Below are positions 47,966 to 59,177 of a stretch of 64,000 bases of DNA, piece after piece (position 1 is the stretch's first letter; every line of letters begins with the position of its first letter). The DNA is from an uncultured Actinomycetota bacterium (GTDB lineage: Bacteria > Actinomycetota > Actinomycetes > JAFAQI01). Location of the stretch: positions 352,001 through 416,000 of the forward strand of contig CAVYQE010000002.1 in NCBI GenBank assembly GCA_963770565.1, in the 5' to 3' direction. The translations under genes were made by a program, and so were the position numbers. The notes under the pieces are model-generated. The model saw nothing but the letters and a program-made list of their open reading frames with translations, had not been told where the DNA came from and searched no databases.

Positions 47966-48562
47966 TCAGTGCCCGGGAAACACCAGGCCGTCGAGGTCCG
48001 TTTCGACGGCTGCGGCCGAATCCGGCCCGTCCACCTGGTACGGCTCCTCCGGGCTGATCACGCCGTCGTCGACGAACAAGGTGCCGGTGTACCCGCTCGT
48101 TCCGTCAGCGAACGGCAGATTGAGGGTCACCGAAGGCGACAGAACGCTGGCCGGCAATGTGAAGGCCTCGGTGTCGTAGACGGTCCCGTTGGTGTTCTTC
48201 AACGCCCCCCGCAAGTGCACATAGCCTTGCCCGTCAACCGCGTAGGCCGCGCGCGGCAGGCCGTCGCCGGCGTTTTCCCAGCCATCGCCGGCGACGAAGT
48301 GGGTGATCAGGTGCCACTTCAACGGCGGCAGCTTGGTTGCCGTTGTCGCTCGCCGAACGGGACCAAGTGTCCTTTCAGCAATCTGCTTCCCCGTGACGGT
48401 GTTCGCCTTGAGCCGATCACCCGGGATCGAGTGGACCGCGATCGACTTGCCATTGATCAACCCGGCCGCCTCGTGCGCAGCGGCCGGCGCAGCCAAGCCG
48501 ACGACGAGCCCTCCGCCCGCGATCAGGAGCATCGGCAGAGCGGACAAGCGAGTGGTGGCCAC
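47966..48562 (-). CDS. Secreted hypothetical protein with tail-fibre-like C-terminal domain
   Basis: Signal peptide (LAAPAAA), INGKSI..SIPGDRLKANTVTGKQI segment, C-terminal GWEN...AYAVDGQGYVHLRG..K...AFTLP. Confidence 0.65.
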   Translation of the reverse strand: MATTRLSALPMLLIAGGGLVVGLAAPAAAHEAAGLINGKSIAVHSIPGDRLKANTVTGKQIAERTLGPVRRATTATKLPPLKWHLITHFVAGDGWENAGDGLPRAAYAVDGQGYVHLRGALKNTNGTVYDTEAFTLPASVLSPSVTLNLPFADGTSGYTGTLFVDDGVISPEEPYQVDGPDSAAAVETDLDGLVFPGH

Positions 48563-48626
48563 GGACTACCTCCAGGTCGGCTTCGACCGCCAGCATCGAC
48601 CGCGCCGGTCGCAATCTGGTCGCAGC

Positions 48627-48711
48627 CCAAGCAATGTCACATTGCCCCGCACTTCGTCGGGGCAATGTGACATCACCCCCGCAAACACCCATGTGATGTG
48701 ACATTGCTTGG
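48627..48711. repeat. 85-bp REP/MITE-like nested palindromic element
   Basis: Terminal inverted repeat CCAAGCAATGTCACAT (48627-48642) / ATGTGACATTGCTTGG (48696-48711), plus an internal 16-bp stem ATGTCACATTGCCCCG-N8-CGGGGCAATGTGACAT. Confidence 0.85.
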
Positions 48712-49572
48712 CTAGGGGGCGGCGGCGGCGGCGATTCGGGCGAAATCGGTGATCGCGAGCTGCTCACCACGAGTTCGGGGATCGATCCCGGCCCGGCGCA
48801 GCACCGCCTCCGCCTCGGCCGGCGACCCGGCCCAGCCGGCCAACGCGGCGCGCAGCGTCTTCCGCCGTTGCGCAAACGCCGCGTCGACGACGGCGAAGAC
48901 CGCTTCCCGCGAGGCGGAGGTCGCCGGCGGCTCCCGGCGCACGAAGCTGACCAGCCCGGAGTCAACATTGGGCATCGGCCAGAAGACCGTCCTCGGCACC
49001 GCCCCGGCCCGGCGCAGCGTCGCCCACCAGGCCGCCTTCGCCGACGGCACACCGTAGGTCCGCGAGCCTGGGGGAGCAGTCAGCCGGTCGGCAACCTCGG
49101 CCTGCACCATCACCAGGCCGCGTTGCAGGCTCGAAAACACCGCCAGCAGATGAAGCAGCACCGGCACCGAGACGTTGTACGGCAGGTTCGCGACCAGCGC
49201 GGTCGGTGCCGGACCCGGCAGTCGGTCGAGGCCGAGCGCGTCCGCCGTCACCACCTCGAGCCGGTCGACCACCGACGGCAGCCTCAGGGTCACCGTCGCC
49301 CGAAGCGCCGCGGCGAGGCTCGGGTCGATCTCGACCGCAACGACCCGGGACACCACCGGCAACAGCCCCAGCGTCAGCGACCCAAGGCCGGGCCCGACCT
49401 CGATCACGACGTCATCCGGGCCAAGCGCGGCCGTCCGGACGATCCGCCGGACGGTGTTGGGGTCGATGACGAAGTTCTGGCCGAGGGACTTCGTCGGGCG
49501 CAGCCCGAGGGCCGCCACCTGCCGTCGTACGTCGGTCGGCCCGAGCAACCCGTCGTCCGCGGTCGCGCTCAC
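48712..49572 (-). CDS. rsmA: 16S rRNA m6(2)A dimethyltransferase RsmA/KsgA
   Basis: [49 protein letters not shown]; GTG 49572 overlaps the tatD stop. Confidence 0.95.
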   Translation of the reverse strand: MSATADDGLLGPTDVRRQVAALGLRPTKSLGQNFVIDPNTVRRIVRTAALGPDDVVIEVGPGLGSLTLGLLPVVSRVVAVEIDPSLAAALRATVTLRLPSVVDRLEVVTADALGLDRLPGPAPTALVANLPYNVSVPVLLHLLAVFSSLQRGLVMVQAEVADRLTAPPGSRTYGVPSAKAAWWATLRRAGAVPRTVFWPMPNVDSGLVSFVRREPPATSASREAVFAVVDAAFAQRRKTLRAALAGWAGSPAEAEAVLRRAGIDPRTRGEQLAITDFARIAAAAAP

Positions 49573-50390
49573 GCCCAGCCGAACACCCGGGCCGCGGTCG
49601 CCGTCACCGCCGCCGCCACGACATCCTCGGAGACCCCCTTGAGGTCGGCGATCGCCCGCACCGTCAACGGCACGAGGTACGGCGAGTTGGGCTGACCGCG
49701 ATACGGCATCGGGGTCAGGAACGGTGCGTCGGTCTCGACCAGGAAGTGGTCCATCGGCGTCACCCCGACCGCATCGCGGAGCGGCTGCGCGTTCTTGAAG
49801 GTCAGGTTGCCGGCGAAGGACAAGACGTAACCCTGGTCGACACACAGCCGCGCGAAGGCCGCATCACCGGAGAAGCAGTGGAAAATCACCCGCTCCGGTG
49901 GTCCCTCGCTGGCCAGGACCCGCAGCACGTCCTCGTGCGCGTCGCGATCATGGATCATCACCGCCTTGCCGCTCTGCTTCGCGATCGCGATGTGCCGCCG
50001 GAACGACTCCTCCTGCGCGGGCCAGCCGGTGTCGTCGGTCCGGAAGTGATCGAGGCCGGTCTCTCCCACCGCCACCACCCGCTGTTGCGCCGCCAGCACG
50101 GCGATCGCCTCCCAGTCCGCCTCCGTCGCGGCGTGCGCCTCGTTCGGATGCACCGCCACCGCGGCCCAGACGTCGTCCCGCGAGGCGGCAAGCTCAGCAC
50201 TCGCCCGGGAGGTCCCAACGTCGACGCCGACCTGCACGACCCGGTCGATCCCCACCGCGTGCGCGGCTGCCATCGTGTCCGCCACGTCGGCGTCCATCAG
50301 GTCGAGATGGCAGTGGCTGTCGAGCGCCGGGACCGCAAGCGGCGGCGGCGCGGGTGGCGGTTCGCCCTCGCGATGCGCGGCTCGGCTCAC
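49569..50390 (-). CDS. tatD: TatD family DNase
   Basis: [43 protein letters not shown]. Confidence 0.93.
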   Translation of the reverse strand: MSRAAHREGEPPPAPPPLAVPALDSHCHLDLMDADVADTMAAAHAVGIDRVVQVGVDVGTSRASAELAASRDDVWAAVAVHPNEAHAATEADWEAIAVLAAQQRVVAVGETGLDHFRTDDTGWPAQEESFRRHIAIAKQSGKAVMIHDRDAHEDVLRVLASEGPPERVIFHCFSGDAAFARLCVDQGYVLSFAGNLTFKNAQPLRDAVGVTPMDHFLVETDAPFLTPMPYRGQPNSPYLVPLTVRAIADLKGVSEDVVAAAVTATAARVFGWA

Positions 50391-52174
50391 GATCCGCTCA
50401 TCCGTTCCAACTCCTCGTCGACTACGGACGGATCGAGCTTCGCGAACAGCGGCGTCGGCGCGGCGATCGGTGTGCCGGGCCGGATGTCGACCGACTCCCA
50501 CCCGATATCGGTGGCATAGTCGCCGGCCAGGATCGGGTACGCCGGTCCGCCATCGAGATCGTCCACGTCCCGCAGCTCCGGTTGCGGCGCCAGGACTCCG
50601 TCGCGCCCGAGCAGCTCGTGCACCTCCTGCGAGGAGTGCGGCATGAACGGCGACAGCATCGTCGTACAGTCGCTCACCGCTTGCAGCGCGACGTGCAGGA
50701 TCGTCGCCATCCGCGCCGGGTCGGACTCCCGCAGCTTCCACGGCGCCTGCTCGGAGAGGTACTTGTTGGTCTCGGTGACGACCCGCATCGACTCGCCCAG
50801 CGCCGACCGCATCCGCGACCGCTCGATGTCGGCGCCGACGGTCGCAAACGCACCTCGGGTCGCGGCAAGCAACTCCCGGTCGACGTCGATCAGCTCACCC
50901 GCTTCGGGCACCGAGCCGAGGTTCTTGGCGGTGAACGACAGGGTGCGGTTGACCAGGTTGCCCCAGGCCGCGACCAGCTCGTCGTTGTTGCGACGGACGA
51001 ACTCCGACCAGGTGAAGTCGGTGTCGTTGGTCTCCGGCCCGGCCGCAGTCAGGTAGTAGCGCAACGTGTCGGGCGAGTAGCGAGCGAGGAAGTCGCGAAC
51101 GTAGATAACGACGTTGCGGCTCGAGGAGAACTTTCGGCCCTCCATCGTGAGGAACTCACTCGACACGACCTCGCTCGGCAGCTGCAGCTCGCCGAACTCC
51201 CCCGGACTGCCGCCCCTGGAGCCCAGCCCGTCGTAGCCGAGCAGCTCGGCCGGCCAGATCTGGGCGTGGAAGGTGACGTTGTCCTTGCCCATGAAGTAAT
51301 AGGACTCGGCGCTCGGATCGGTCCACCAGGCCCGCCAGGCGTCGGCATCGCCGCTGCGCCTGGCCCACTCGATCGACGCCGACAGGTAGCCGATGACCGC
51401 GTCGAACCACACGTACAGCCGCTTGTTGGGGTTGTCCTCCCAGCCGGGCAACGGGATCGGCACGCCCCAGTCGATGTCGCGGGTCATCGCCCGCGGCTTC
51501 AGATCGGCGATCAGGTTCATCGAGAACTTCAGGACGTTGGGCCGCCAGTCGGTCCGGGTCTGCAGCCACGAACCGAGGGCGTCGGCGAGCGCCGGCAGGT
51601 CGAGGAAGAACTGCTCGGTCTCCACGAAGACGGGGACCTCGCCGTTGATCCGCGAGTGCGGATTGATCAGCTGGTCCGCGTCGAGCTGGTTGCCGCAGTT
51701 GTCGCACTGGTCGCCGCGGGCGCTGTCGTACCCGCAGATCGGGCAGGTGCCCTCGATGTAGCGGTCGGGCAGGGTGCGTCCGGTCGATGGCGAGATCGCT
51801 CCGCGCGTGGTCTGCTCGATCATGTATCCGTTGCGATACAGGCCCTTGAACATCTCCTGGACGACCGCGTAGTGGTTGCGGGTCGTCGTACGGGTGAACA
51901 GGTCGTAGGAGAGCCCTAGCTGCTGCAGGTCCTCGGCGATCACCCGGTTGTAGCGGTCGGCCAGCACCCGCGGCTCGACCCCTTCGTGATCCGCCTGCAC
52001 CAGGATCGGCGTGCCGTGCTCGTCGGTGCCGCTCACCATCAGCACCCGGTTGCCGGCCAGCCGGTGATAGCGCGAGAAGACGTCGGACGGTACGCCGAAA
52101 CCGGCCACGTGACCGATGTGGCGCGGACCGTTGGCGTACGGCCAGGCGACCGCCGCCAGAATGTGCCGGGACAT
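50387..52174 (-). CDS. metG: Methionine--tRNA ligase
   Basis: [20 protein letters not shown], zinc knuckle CPIC..CDNC, YVWFDA, GKDN, KFSSS. Confidence 0.97.
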   Translation of the reverse strand: MSRHILAAVAWPYANGPRHIGHVAGFGVPSDVFSRYHRLAGNRVLMVSGTDEHGTPILVQADHEGVEPRVLADRYNRVIAEDLQQLGLSYDLFTRTTTRNHYAVVQEMFKGLYRNGYMIEQTTRGAISPSTGRTLPDRYIEGTCPICGYDSARGDQCDNCGNQLDADQLINPHSRINGEVPVFVETEQFFLDLPALADALGSWLQTRTDWRPNVLKFSMNLIADLKPRAMTRDIDWGVPIPLPGWEDNPNKRLYVWFDAVIGYLSASIEWARRSGDADAWRAWWTDPSAESYYFMGKDNVTFHAQIWPAELLGYDGLGSRGGSPGEFGELQLPSEVVSSEFLTMEGRKFSSSRNVVIYVRDFLARYSPDTLRYYLTAAGPETNDTDFTWSEFVRRNNDELVAAWGNLVNRTLSFTAKNLGSVPEAGELIDVDRELLAATRGAFATVGADIERSRMRSALGESMRVVTETNKYLSEQAPWKLRESDPARMATILHVALQAVSDCTTMLSPFMPHSSQEVHELLGRDGVLAPQPELRDVDDLDGGPAYPILAGDYATDIGWESVDIRPGTPIAAPTPLFAKLDPSVVDEELERMSGS

Positions 52175-52180
52175 GTGGCC

Positions 52181-52186
52181 AGCCTA
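52181..52186 (-). promoter_or_regulatory. Putative -10 element (TAGGCT) 6 nt before the metG ATG; leaderless transcript
   Basis: Minus strand TAGGCT-GGCCAC-ATG with no Shine-Dalgarno. Confidence 0.55.
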
Positions 52187-53065
52187 CGGGCGAGCGCCAT
52201 TTCTTTCGGTCGGCGAGTCGTTGGACGCCCTCGCGTGGCCACCACCGAGTACGGCGTCGTAGACCCGGCGGCGGGGCAGCCCATACCGGCCAGCGACCGC
52301 ATCCACAGCGTCGCGCCGCGACGAGCCGGCGGCGACCTGCGCGGCCACCTCGTCTAGCAAGGTGCGGTCCGCGACTTCAGGCGCGGCGCCATCGGCACCC
52401 GCGACCACGATCGTGATCTCGCCGCGGATGTCGGTCGCCGCCGCCCACTCGGCCAGCTCGCCGAGCGAGCCGCGACGCACCTCCTCGTAGGTCTTGGTGA
52501 GCTCCCGGCAGACCGCCGCCCGGCGGTCCGCACCGAACACCGACACCAGGTCCGCGAGAGAGGCAGGCAGCCGGCGCGGCGACTCGAAGGCGACCAGGGC
52601 GCGCGGATCGTGGGCCAGCTCGGCCAACCGGGTCCGCCGCTCACCGGCTCGCCGAGGCAGGAATCCCTCGAAGCAGAACCGGTCCGCCGGGACGCCGGCG
52701 ATCGCGATCGCCGCGGTCACCGCGGACGGCCCGGGCAGGACGCTCAGTGGCAGGTCCCGGGCGATCGCCTCGGTGACCAGCACGTAGCCCGGGTCCGACA
52801 CGAGCGGCGTACCGGCATCGGAGACCAGCAGCACGGTCCGTCCAGCCGCCACGTCGTCGAGCAATGCGGCCGACCGACCCTGCTCGACCGCGTCGTACAC
52901 CGCGACCACCCGCCCCCGGATCGTGACCCCGAGCATCGAGGCGAGCCGCTGCACCCGCCGGGTGTCCTCGGCGGCCACCACGTCGGCCGTCTCCAGCGCC
53001 TCCCGCAGTCGCGCCGACGCGTCGCCGGCCGCACCGATCGGTGTGGCCGCTATCAGGAGGGGCAC
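52184..53065 (-). CDS. rsmI: 16S rRNA C1402 2'-O-methyltransferase
   Basis: AATPIG, AAEDTRR, VSDAGTPLVSDPG, PGPSAV, FEGFLPR, FESPRR, CRELTKTYEE. Confidence 0.95.
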   Translation of the reverse strand: MPLLIAATPIGAAGDASARLREALETADVVAAEDTRRVQRLASMLGVTIRGRVVAVYDAVEQGRSAALLDDVAAGRTVLLVSDAGTPLVSDPGYVLVTEAIARDLPLSVLPGPSAVTAAIAIAGVPADRFCFEGFLPRRAGERRTRLAELAHDPRALVAFESPRRLPASLADLVSVFGADRRAAVCRELTKTYEEVRRGSLGELAEWAAATDIRGEITIVVAGADGAAPEVADRTLLDEVAAQVAAGSSRRDAVDAVAGRYGLPRRRVYDAVLGGGHARASNDSPTERNGARP

Positions 53066-53159
53066 GCCTCATTAAACCCGCCCCAACCGTCCCGTCCGCC
53101 TAGCCGGAAAACGCCAGGTGAGGCGAGATGACCGGACGGTTGGGCTAGGGGTTCGTACG

Positions 53160-54839
53160 ATGAGCGCCATGCCGACGGCGCCGCAGGTCGAGGAGGCTGC
53201 CCCGGCACCGGCCCTGCCGACCGGCGAGGTGCTCGACCGGATCAAGGCGAAGCTGATCCGCCCGATGCCGGCCGACCGGTTGCGTGGCTGGCTGCTTCCA
53301 CTTGCGGTGACGGTCCTGGCCGGCGTCGCCCGGTTCTGGCGGATCACCCGGCCGGGCGGGCACACCCTGAGCTCCCGCAACAGCCTGGTCTTCGACGAGA
53401 CCTACTACGCGCACGACAGCTGGACCCTGCTCCACCACGGGGTCGAGCTCAACGGGCCCGGAACCGGCCCTGGATTCGTCGTCCATCCGCCGCTCGGGAA
53501 ATGGATGATGGCGGTCGGCGAGGTGCTGTTCGACCATGGCAAGGACGTGGTGTTCGGCACCGGCGCCAAAGCCACGGTCTATCCGGCCAGCATGTTCTCG
53601 TTCCGGTTCACCGGCGCGCTCGTCGGGACCCTCGCGATCCTGATGGTCGCAAGGATCGCCCGACGGATGTTCCGCTCGACCGCGCTCGGTGTGATCGCGG
53701 GCGTGCTGCTCTCGCTCGACGGTCTGGAGTTCGTCCAGAGCCGCACCGCGATGTTGGACATCTATCTGATGTTCTGGGTGCTCGCCGCGTTCGGCTGCCT
53801 GATCATCGATCGCGACGACGGACGTCGGCGGCTCGCCGAGCGACTGACCGCGCCGTTGCACCCGGACGAGTGGGGTCCATCGCTCGGCTTCCGGCCCTGG
53901 CGGCTGGCCGCCGGCATCTGTATCGGCGGTGCGTGCGCCACCAAGTGGGACGGCGCGTTCTACCTCCCCGCGCTGTTTGCGTTGGCGATCGCCTGGGACG
54001 TCGGTGCCCGGCGTACCGCCGGTGCCCGATCCGGCCTATGGGGCGGGACCGTGAACGCCGCCGGGCCGGCGCTGGTGACCTTCGTCGTCGTACCGGCCGC
54101 GGTCTACCTCGCCTCCTGGACCGGCTGGTTCATGTCTAACTCTCACTACGCCTACGACCACGACCTGTACGTGCACTCCGGGCAGTCCTGGTTCGCCCAC
54201 GACCGGGCCGTCCTGCACGGGTGGTGGGCCTACCAGGTGGCGATCTGGCACTACGCCGACTCGCTGACCTGGGACGCCAACCCGCACCCCTATCTGTCGC
54301 GGCCTTGGGGCTGGCTGGTGATGGCGCGCCCGGTCGCGTACTACTACCAAGCACCGCACACCTGCGGCGCGAGCAGTTGCTCGCAGGAGGTGCTCGGGAT
54401 CGGCAACCCGGCGCTGTGGTGGGCCACGATTCCCGCGCTCATCGCGGTCGCGTGGGCCTGGATCTCCCGGCGGGACTGGCGGGCCAGCGCGCTGTTGCTG
54501 ATGTTCCTGTTCGGCTACCTGCCGTGGTTCCGCGAAGACGCCCACCACCGGGTCATGTTCTTCTTCTACATGCTGCCCGAGGTGCCGTTCATGGCCCTCG
54601 CGGTCACGATGGTGATCGGGATGGCGTTGAGCCGCGGGGCCGCGTCAACGCTGCGTCAGACCGTGGCCTTCGGCGCGGTCGCGGTCTATCTGGCCACGAC
54701 GACCGTGCTGTTCGGCTTCTTCTATCCGGTGTTCGCCGCGCGAACAATCACCTACGACCAGTGGCACGAGCGAATGTGGTTACACCATTGCCAGTCGAAA
54801 CCGAACAAGCATCAGGAGAACGCACCCTGCTGGATCTGA
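53160..54839 (+). CDS. pmt: Protein O-mannosyltransferase (polyprenol-phosphate-mannose dependent)
   Basis: VFDETYY, VVHPPLGKW, SRTAMLD, ATKW, HPYLSRPW, GNPALWW. The start may be ATG 53169, behind a TACGAT -10. Confidence 0.93.
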   Translation: MSAMPTAPQVEEAAPAPALPTGEVLDRIKAKLIRPMPADRLRGWLLPLAVTVLAGVARFWRITRPGGHTLSSRNSLVFDETYYAHDSWTLLHHGVELNGPGTGPGFVVHPPLGKWMMAVGEVLFDHGKDVVFGTGAKATVYPASMFSFRFTGALVGTLAILMVARIARRMFRSTALGVIAGVLLSLDGLEFVQSRTAMLDIYLMFWVLAAFGCLIIDRDDGRRRLAERLTAPLHPDEWGPSLGFRPWRLAAGICIGGACATKWDGAFYLPALFALAIAWDVGARRTAGARSGLWGGTVNAAGPALVTFVVVPAAVYLASWTGWFMSNSHYAYDHDLYVHSGQSWFAHDRAVLHGWWAYQVAIWHYADSLTWDANPHPYLSRPWGWLVMARPVAYYYQAPHTCGASSCSQEVLGIGNPALWWATIPALIAVAWAWISRRDWRASALLLMFLFGYLPWFREDAHHRVMFFFYMLPEVPFMALAVTMVIGMALSRGAASTLRQTVAFGAVAVYLATTTVLFGFFYPVFAARTITYDQWHERMWLHHCQSKPNKHQENAPCWI

Positions 54840-55645
54840 ACCGGCTCGGGCGCGCGTAACCGGGCGCGGAGCCGCTCGACCGCGGTCGCGCCGAGCCAGG
54901 CCGGCACCAACAGCCCGACCGCGGCAATCCCGTCGAGCCAGTAGTGGTTCGCGGTCGCGACCACCACGAACACGGTGATCGCTCCGTGCAGCACGGCCAG
55001 CCAGCGCCATCGGCTCGGGCTGACCTGCACCACGGCGATTGAGATCAGCACCGCCCACCCGACGTGAATCGACGGCATTGCAGCGTATTGATCCGCGATG
55101 TTGCTTCCAATCACCGCATAGACCGACTGCCCGTAGACCGCGGCCGTGTCGATCATGCCGGTGCCGCCGATCAGCCGCGGCGGTGCCACCGCGACCATCT
55201 GCACGAGCAGCGACATCCCGGTGAACCCAGCAATGACGTTGCGGTAGAAGGGATATCTGTCGCGGTGGCGCAACCACAGCCAGATCAGGAACACGACCAT
55301 CAAGGTCAGATGCATCGTGTCGTAGTAGTAGTTCGAGACCCGGACGATGTTCGGGTGACCGATGATCAAGTCCTGAACGCTGCGTTCGTTCGGCAGGTGA
55401 ATGAGCCGCTCGAATTGCCACAGCGAACGCCCGCGGTCGAGGCCGCCGGTGGTGTGCCCGCGGGTCAGCCGGTTCGCCACCTGCCAGAGCGCGAACAGCG
55501 CGCACACGAACGCGGTCTCGAAGCTGGCCGAGGCGACGAATCGGGCCCAGCGGCGCTCGGGAAGCTGACGTGCGGCGGCCGACGCCGCGATCATGATCAG
55601 TGCAACGACGACCGCGCTGTGCACATCAAGGCGGAGCCACGACAC
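54812..55645 (-). CDS. PAP2_3 / inositolphosphotransferase (AUR1-like) membrane protein
   Basis: NYYY, VAPPRL, YAAMPSIHVGWA, ATANHYWLD. Confidence 0.85.
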   Translation of the reverse strand: MSWLRLDVHSAVVVALIMIAASAAARQLPERRWARFVASASFETAFVCALFALWQVANRLTRGHTTGGLDRGRSLWQFERLIHLPNERSVQDLIIGHPNIVRVSNYYYDTMHLTLMVVFLIWLWLRHRDRYPFYRNVIAGFTGMSLLVQMVAVAPPRLIGGTGMIDTAAVYGQSVYAVIGSNIADQYAAMPSIHVGWAVLISIAVVQVSPSRWRWLAVLHGAITVFVVVATANHYWLDGIAAVGLLVPAWLGATAVERLRARLRAPEPVQIQQGAFS

Positions 55646-55717
55646 ACTTCGGAGCCTATTCGGCGCGAATCTCAGCGGCGGGTCCGAGCAGTCAAACGAC
55701 CGCCGGGGCGCGACCGG

Positions 55718-57166
55718 TCAACCGACCGGCTGGGTGTCCTCCACCTCGGCCTCGACCGGAACGGCCGGCCGCGAGCCGGTCACGGTCGGCAGCCTGACCT
55801 GCACGACCGCACCGCCACCGACCCGGTTCGTCAGCGTCACCGTGCCGTTGTGGCCGTCCACCACCTGCTTGACGATCGCCAGACCCAGCCCGGAGCCGGG
55901 CATCGCGCGGGCTTCATCGGCGCGGTAGAACCGGTCGAAGACGAACTCGATCGCGTCGTCGGGCACCCCCGAGCCGCGGTCGGCGACGGTCAGCAGGCCA
56001 TCCGACTCGAGCGTGGTGTCGACGACCGCCCCGGGCGGGGAGAACTTGCCCGCGTTGTCGAGCAGGTTCGCGATCGCGCGGTCGAGCCGGCCGGGCACCC
56101 CGCGCACCGTCACCGGCTGCACGTCGAGCATGAAGATCACCTGCGGCCAGTGCCGACGGGCGCGGTCGACCGCCTGCGACACCAGGTCGTCGAGGGCAAC
56201 GTCCTCCTGTGCCGACTCCGGGGTGTCACCACGCGCCAGCTCGACCACGTCCGCGACCAGCCCGGTCAGCTCGTCGAGCTGAGTCACGACCCCGTCGAGC
56301 AACGCCCTACGCTGGTCAGCGCTGAGCCGGTCGACGTCGTGCAGCACCTCGACGTTGGTCCGCAGGCTGGCGAGCGGGGTGCGCAGCTCATGACTCGCGT
56401 CAAGGATCAGCTGTCGTTGCTGACCAAGTGAGCGTTCCAGCGCATCGAGCATCGTGTTGAAGCTGCCGGCCAGTCGCCCGAGCTCGTCGTTGCCGTACTG
56501 CTCGATCCGGGTCGCGAGGTCGCGAGTGACCGCGATCTGCTCGGCGGCCTCGGTCAGCCTGGCGACCGGCCGGGTGGTCCGGCGTACGACGAACCAGGTG
56601 CCCGCCGTGGCCATGCCGAGGCCGGCCAGCACCAGGACGATGAAGGCGAGAGTCAGCTTGTGCAGCTCGCTGTATGCGGCCGTCAGTGGCAGCGCGACCT
56701 GAAGGGCCACCAGCTGACCGTCCTGGTTCACGCGCTGAACCGTCAACACCCGCAACGGCGTACCGTGCAGGTCGATCGTGTGCAACCAGTGGCCACCGTG
56801 GGTCACGATGTCGATGTCACGCTGTGTCACCGGCAGCTTGAATCCGTTGGCGGAGAAGAAGAACTCGCCGTCCGAGAAGACCACTTGGGCATCACCGGTG
56901 CTCTGCCCGGGGTCGGCGCGGACCCTGGGTTGCTGGCCGCTGAGGTCGATCGAGCTCTGGCTGCTCGCCTGCACCCGCAACTGGCCGTCGATGTTGCTCA
57001 ACAGCTCGTGCCGCACTGCGATGTAGGCAACCGTGACGACCGCGATGATCGCGAGAGTGGCGGACATCGCGGCGGCCGCGGTCAGCCTGGTGCGAAGCGG
57101 CTGGTTGCGCCAGCGCATGTCGACGTCGCGGACCCCGCGTCGGACCACGGGAATGGGGCCGGTCAC
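55718..57166 (-). CDS. mprB: Sensor histidine kinase, MprB-like
   Basis: Two TMs, HAMP ([14 protein letters not shown]), [37 protein letters not shown]. Confidence 0.85.
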   Translation of the reverse strand: MTGPIPVVRRGVRDVDMRWRNQPLRTRLTAAAAMSATLAIIAVVTVAYIAVRHELLSNIDGQLRVQASSQSSIDLSGQQPRVRADPGQSTGDAQVVFSDGEFFFSANGFKLPVTQRDIDIVTHGGHWLHTIDLHGTPLRVLTVQRVNQDGQLVALQVALPLTAAYSELHKLTLAFIVLVLAGLGMATAGTWFVVRRTTRPVARLTEAAEQIAVTRDLATRIEQYGNDELGRLAGSFNTMLDALERSLGQQRQLILDASHELRTPLASLRTNVEVLHDVDRLSADQRRALLDGVVTQLDELTGLVADVVELARGDTPESAQEDVALDDLVSQAVDRARRHWPQVIFMLDVQPVTVRGVPGRLDRAIANLLDNAGKFSPPGAVVDTTLESDGLLTVADRGSGVPDDAIEFVFDRFYRADEARAMPGSGLGLAIVKQVVDGHNGTVTLTNRVGGGAVVQVRLPTVTGSRPAVPVEAEVEDTQPVG

Positions 57167-57858
57167 GGCTCCGCTCGCAGGACGTACCCCACCCCGCGGA
57201 CGGTGTGGATCAGCCGCGGCTCGTCGGCCGCCTCGGTCTTACGCCGCAGATAACCGACGAACACCTCGAGGGAGTTGCTGGTCGGCTCGGACTCCCAGCC
57301 CCAGACCCGGTCCATGATCGTCTCGCGCGGCAGCGGACGTCCGGCGTTTCGCAGCAACAGCTCGAGCAACGCGAACTCCGTGCGGGTGAGGTCGATCGGT
57401 CGACCTCCACGGTGCACCGTATGGGCCGCCGGGTCCAGCACGATGTCCTCGTACTCGAGCACGGCGGCGTCGTCGCCACCGTCGGTGGCCGTGCGACGGA
57501 GCAACGCGCGCAGGCGGGCCCGCAGCTCTTCGAGCGCGAACGGCTTGGTCAGGTAGTCGTCGGCACCGGCGTCGAGCCCGGCCACCCGGTCGCCGACCTC
57601 GTCGCGGGCGGTCAGCACGAGGATCGGCAGCTTGTCCTTACGGGCGCGCAGCGTACGGCAGACGTCGAGTCCACCGACGTACGGCATCATCACGTCGAGG
57701 ACCATGACGTCGGGCCGGTGCTGGCCGACCGCCTCCAGCGCCTTGACGCCGTTGCTGGCAGTCGTCACCCGGTAGTCGTCGAGCTCGAGTGCTCGCGTCA
57801 ACGCTTCCCGAAGCTGCGGGTCGTCATCGACGACAAGCACCTGTGGCCCGGCTTGCAT
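57163..57858 (-). CDS. mprA: OmpR-family response regulator, MprA-like
   Basis: [69 protein letters not shown]. Confidence 0.88.
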   Translation of the reverse strand: MQAGPQVLVVDDDPQLREALTRALELDDYRVTTASNGVKALEAVGQHRPDVMVLDVMMPYVGGLDVCRTLRARKDKLPILVLTARDEVGDRVAGLDAGADDYLTKPFALEELRARLRALLRRTATDGGDDAAVLEYEDIVLDPAAHTVHRGGRPIDLTRTEFALLELLLRNAGRPLPRETIMDRVWGWESEPTSNSLEVFVGYLRRKTEAADEPRLIHTVRGVGYVLRAEP

Positions 57859-57861
57859 CAG

Positions 57862-59133
57862 CTATCCCTGTGTCGAGGATTCGGTCGTCAAGGTTGCGGT
57901 CACGGTCTTGCTCGAACCGCCGCGCTGGACGGTCACTGTGACCTGCTGATCAGGCTGATGCGACCGAATCGCGGCGATGACAGCATCGGAGCCCTCCGTG
58001 GTCGAGCCGTCGATGGCGGTGATCACGTCACCCACCTTGATACCAGCCTTGGCGGCCGGGCCCCCGGCTGTGACGGTGTGGACGACCGCCTTGTCGACCC
58101 CGTTGCTGGAGTTCGTGTCCTCGAGGGTGACCCCGAGCAGCGGGTGCACGGCGTGCCCGGTCGTGATGAGCTCGGTCGCGATCGTCCTGGCCTGGTTGAT
58201 CGGGATCGCGAATCCGACCCCGATGTTGCCGCTCTGCGAGCCGCCGATGCTGGCGCTGCTGAGCGATGCGATCGCAGAGTTGATCCCGATCACCTGGCCC
58301 GCGGCGTCGACCAGCGCACCACCGGAGTTGCCCGGGTTGATGGCTGCGTCGGTCTGGATCGCGTCGATGACGGTTGGGTTGGCGCTCTGGGTCGAACCGA
58401 ACGGGTTGAGGGACTGAGACTCGGCCTGGGTCACGACCGGCCGGTTGAGGGCGGACACGATGCCCGCGGTCACGGTGCCGCTGAGACCGAGCGGAGAACC
58501 GACCGCAAGCACGGCGTCGCCGACCTGGATCGACGAGCTGTCACCGAGCGATGCCGCCGTCAGGCCGCTCTTCGACACCTTGATCACCGCGAGGTCATCG
58601 AGGGAGTCGGTGCCGACGATCCGGGCGTTCGCCGTCGAGTTGTCGTTGAAGGTCACCGAGACCGAGCCGCCGTTCTCAGCGGCCGCGACGACGTGGTTGT
58701 TGGTCAGGATGTAACCGTTGGAGCGCAGGACGACGCCGGAGCCGGTGTCGGACTCACTCGCTCCGCTCACGTTGATGGAGACGACGGATGGCAGGACGGT
58801 CGCGGCGATCCCGGCGTACGACTTCGGGCTGGTCGTCAGGGCGCTCGGTGATGCCGGCGGAACAATCGAACCAACAGGCACCGTGGTCGTGGTGTTGCCC
58901 TTGTTGAGCAGCTCAGCACCTACGGCGACACCGCCGGCGCCGAACACGAACGCGGTCAAGGCCACCATGGCACCGGCGCCGAGCTTGCGCGACCGGCCAA
59001 GTCCGGTCGGCGCTGCCCCCGGCGCGCCGATCGGCTCGGTGGGGTATGCCGAGGTCGGCATCGGCTCGCTCGGCCGCGCCGCGTGGTCATCGTCACCGCC
59101 GGACAGGGGTGGCCAGAACAGGTCGTCGCTCAT
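57862..59133 (-). CDS. HtrA/PepD-like S1C serine protease with PDZ domain
   Basis: TM anchor, GSGV, LTNNHVV, DLAV, QTDAAINPGNSGG, C-terminal PDZ. Confidence 0.93.
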   Translation of the reverse strand: MSDDLFWPPLSGGDDDHAARPSEPMPTSAYPTEPIGAPGAAPTGLGRSRKLGAGAMVALTAFVFGAGGVAVGAELLNKGNTTTTVPVGSIVPPASPSALTTSPKSYAGIAATVLPSVVSINVSGASESDTGSGVVLRSNGYILTNNHVVAAAENGGSVSVTFNDNSTANARIVGTDSLDDLAVIKVSKSGLTAASLGDSSSIQVGDAVLAVGSPLGLSGTVTAGIVSALNRPVVTQAESQSLNPFGSTQSANPTVIDAIQTDAAINPGNSGGALVDAAGQVIGINSAIASLSSASIGGSQSGNIGVGFAIPINQARTIATELITTGHAVHPLLGVTLEDTNSSNGVDKAVVHTVTAGGPAAKAGIKVGDVITAIDGSTTEGSDAVIAAIRSHQPDQQVTVTVQRGGSSKTVTATLTTESSTQG

Positions 59134-59177
59134 CTCAATCCTCCGTCGTCGATCACCTACGACGGTGCCTACCCCAA

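Noticed and set aside
48631-48705. CRP/GlxR site
   Set aside because: TGTGA and TCACA half-sites are present but not in the TGTGA-N6-TCACA arrangement.
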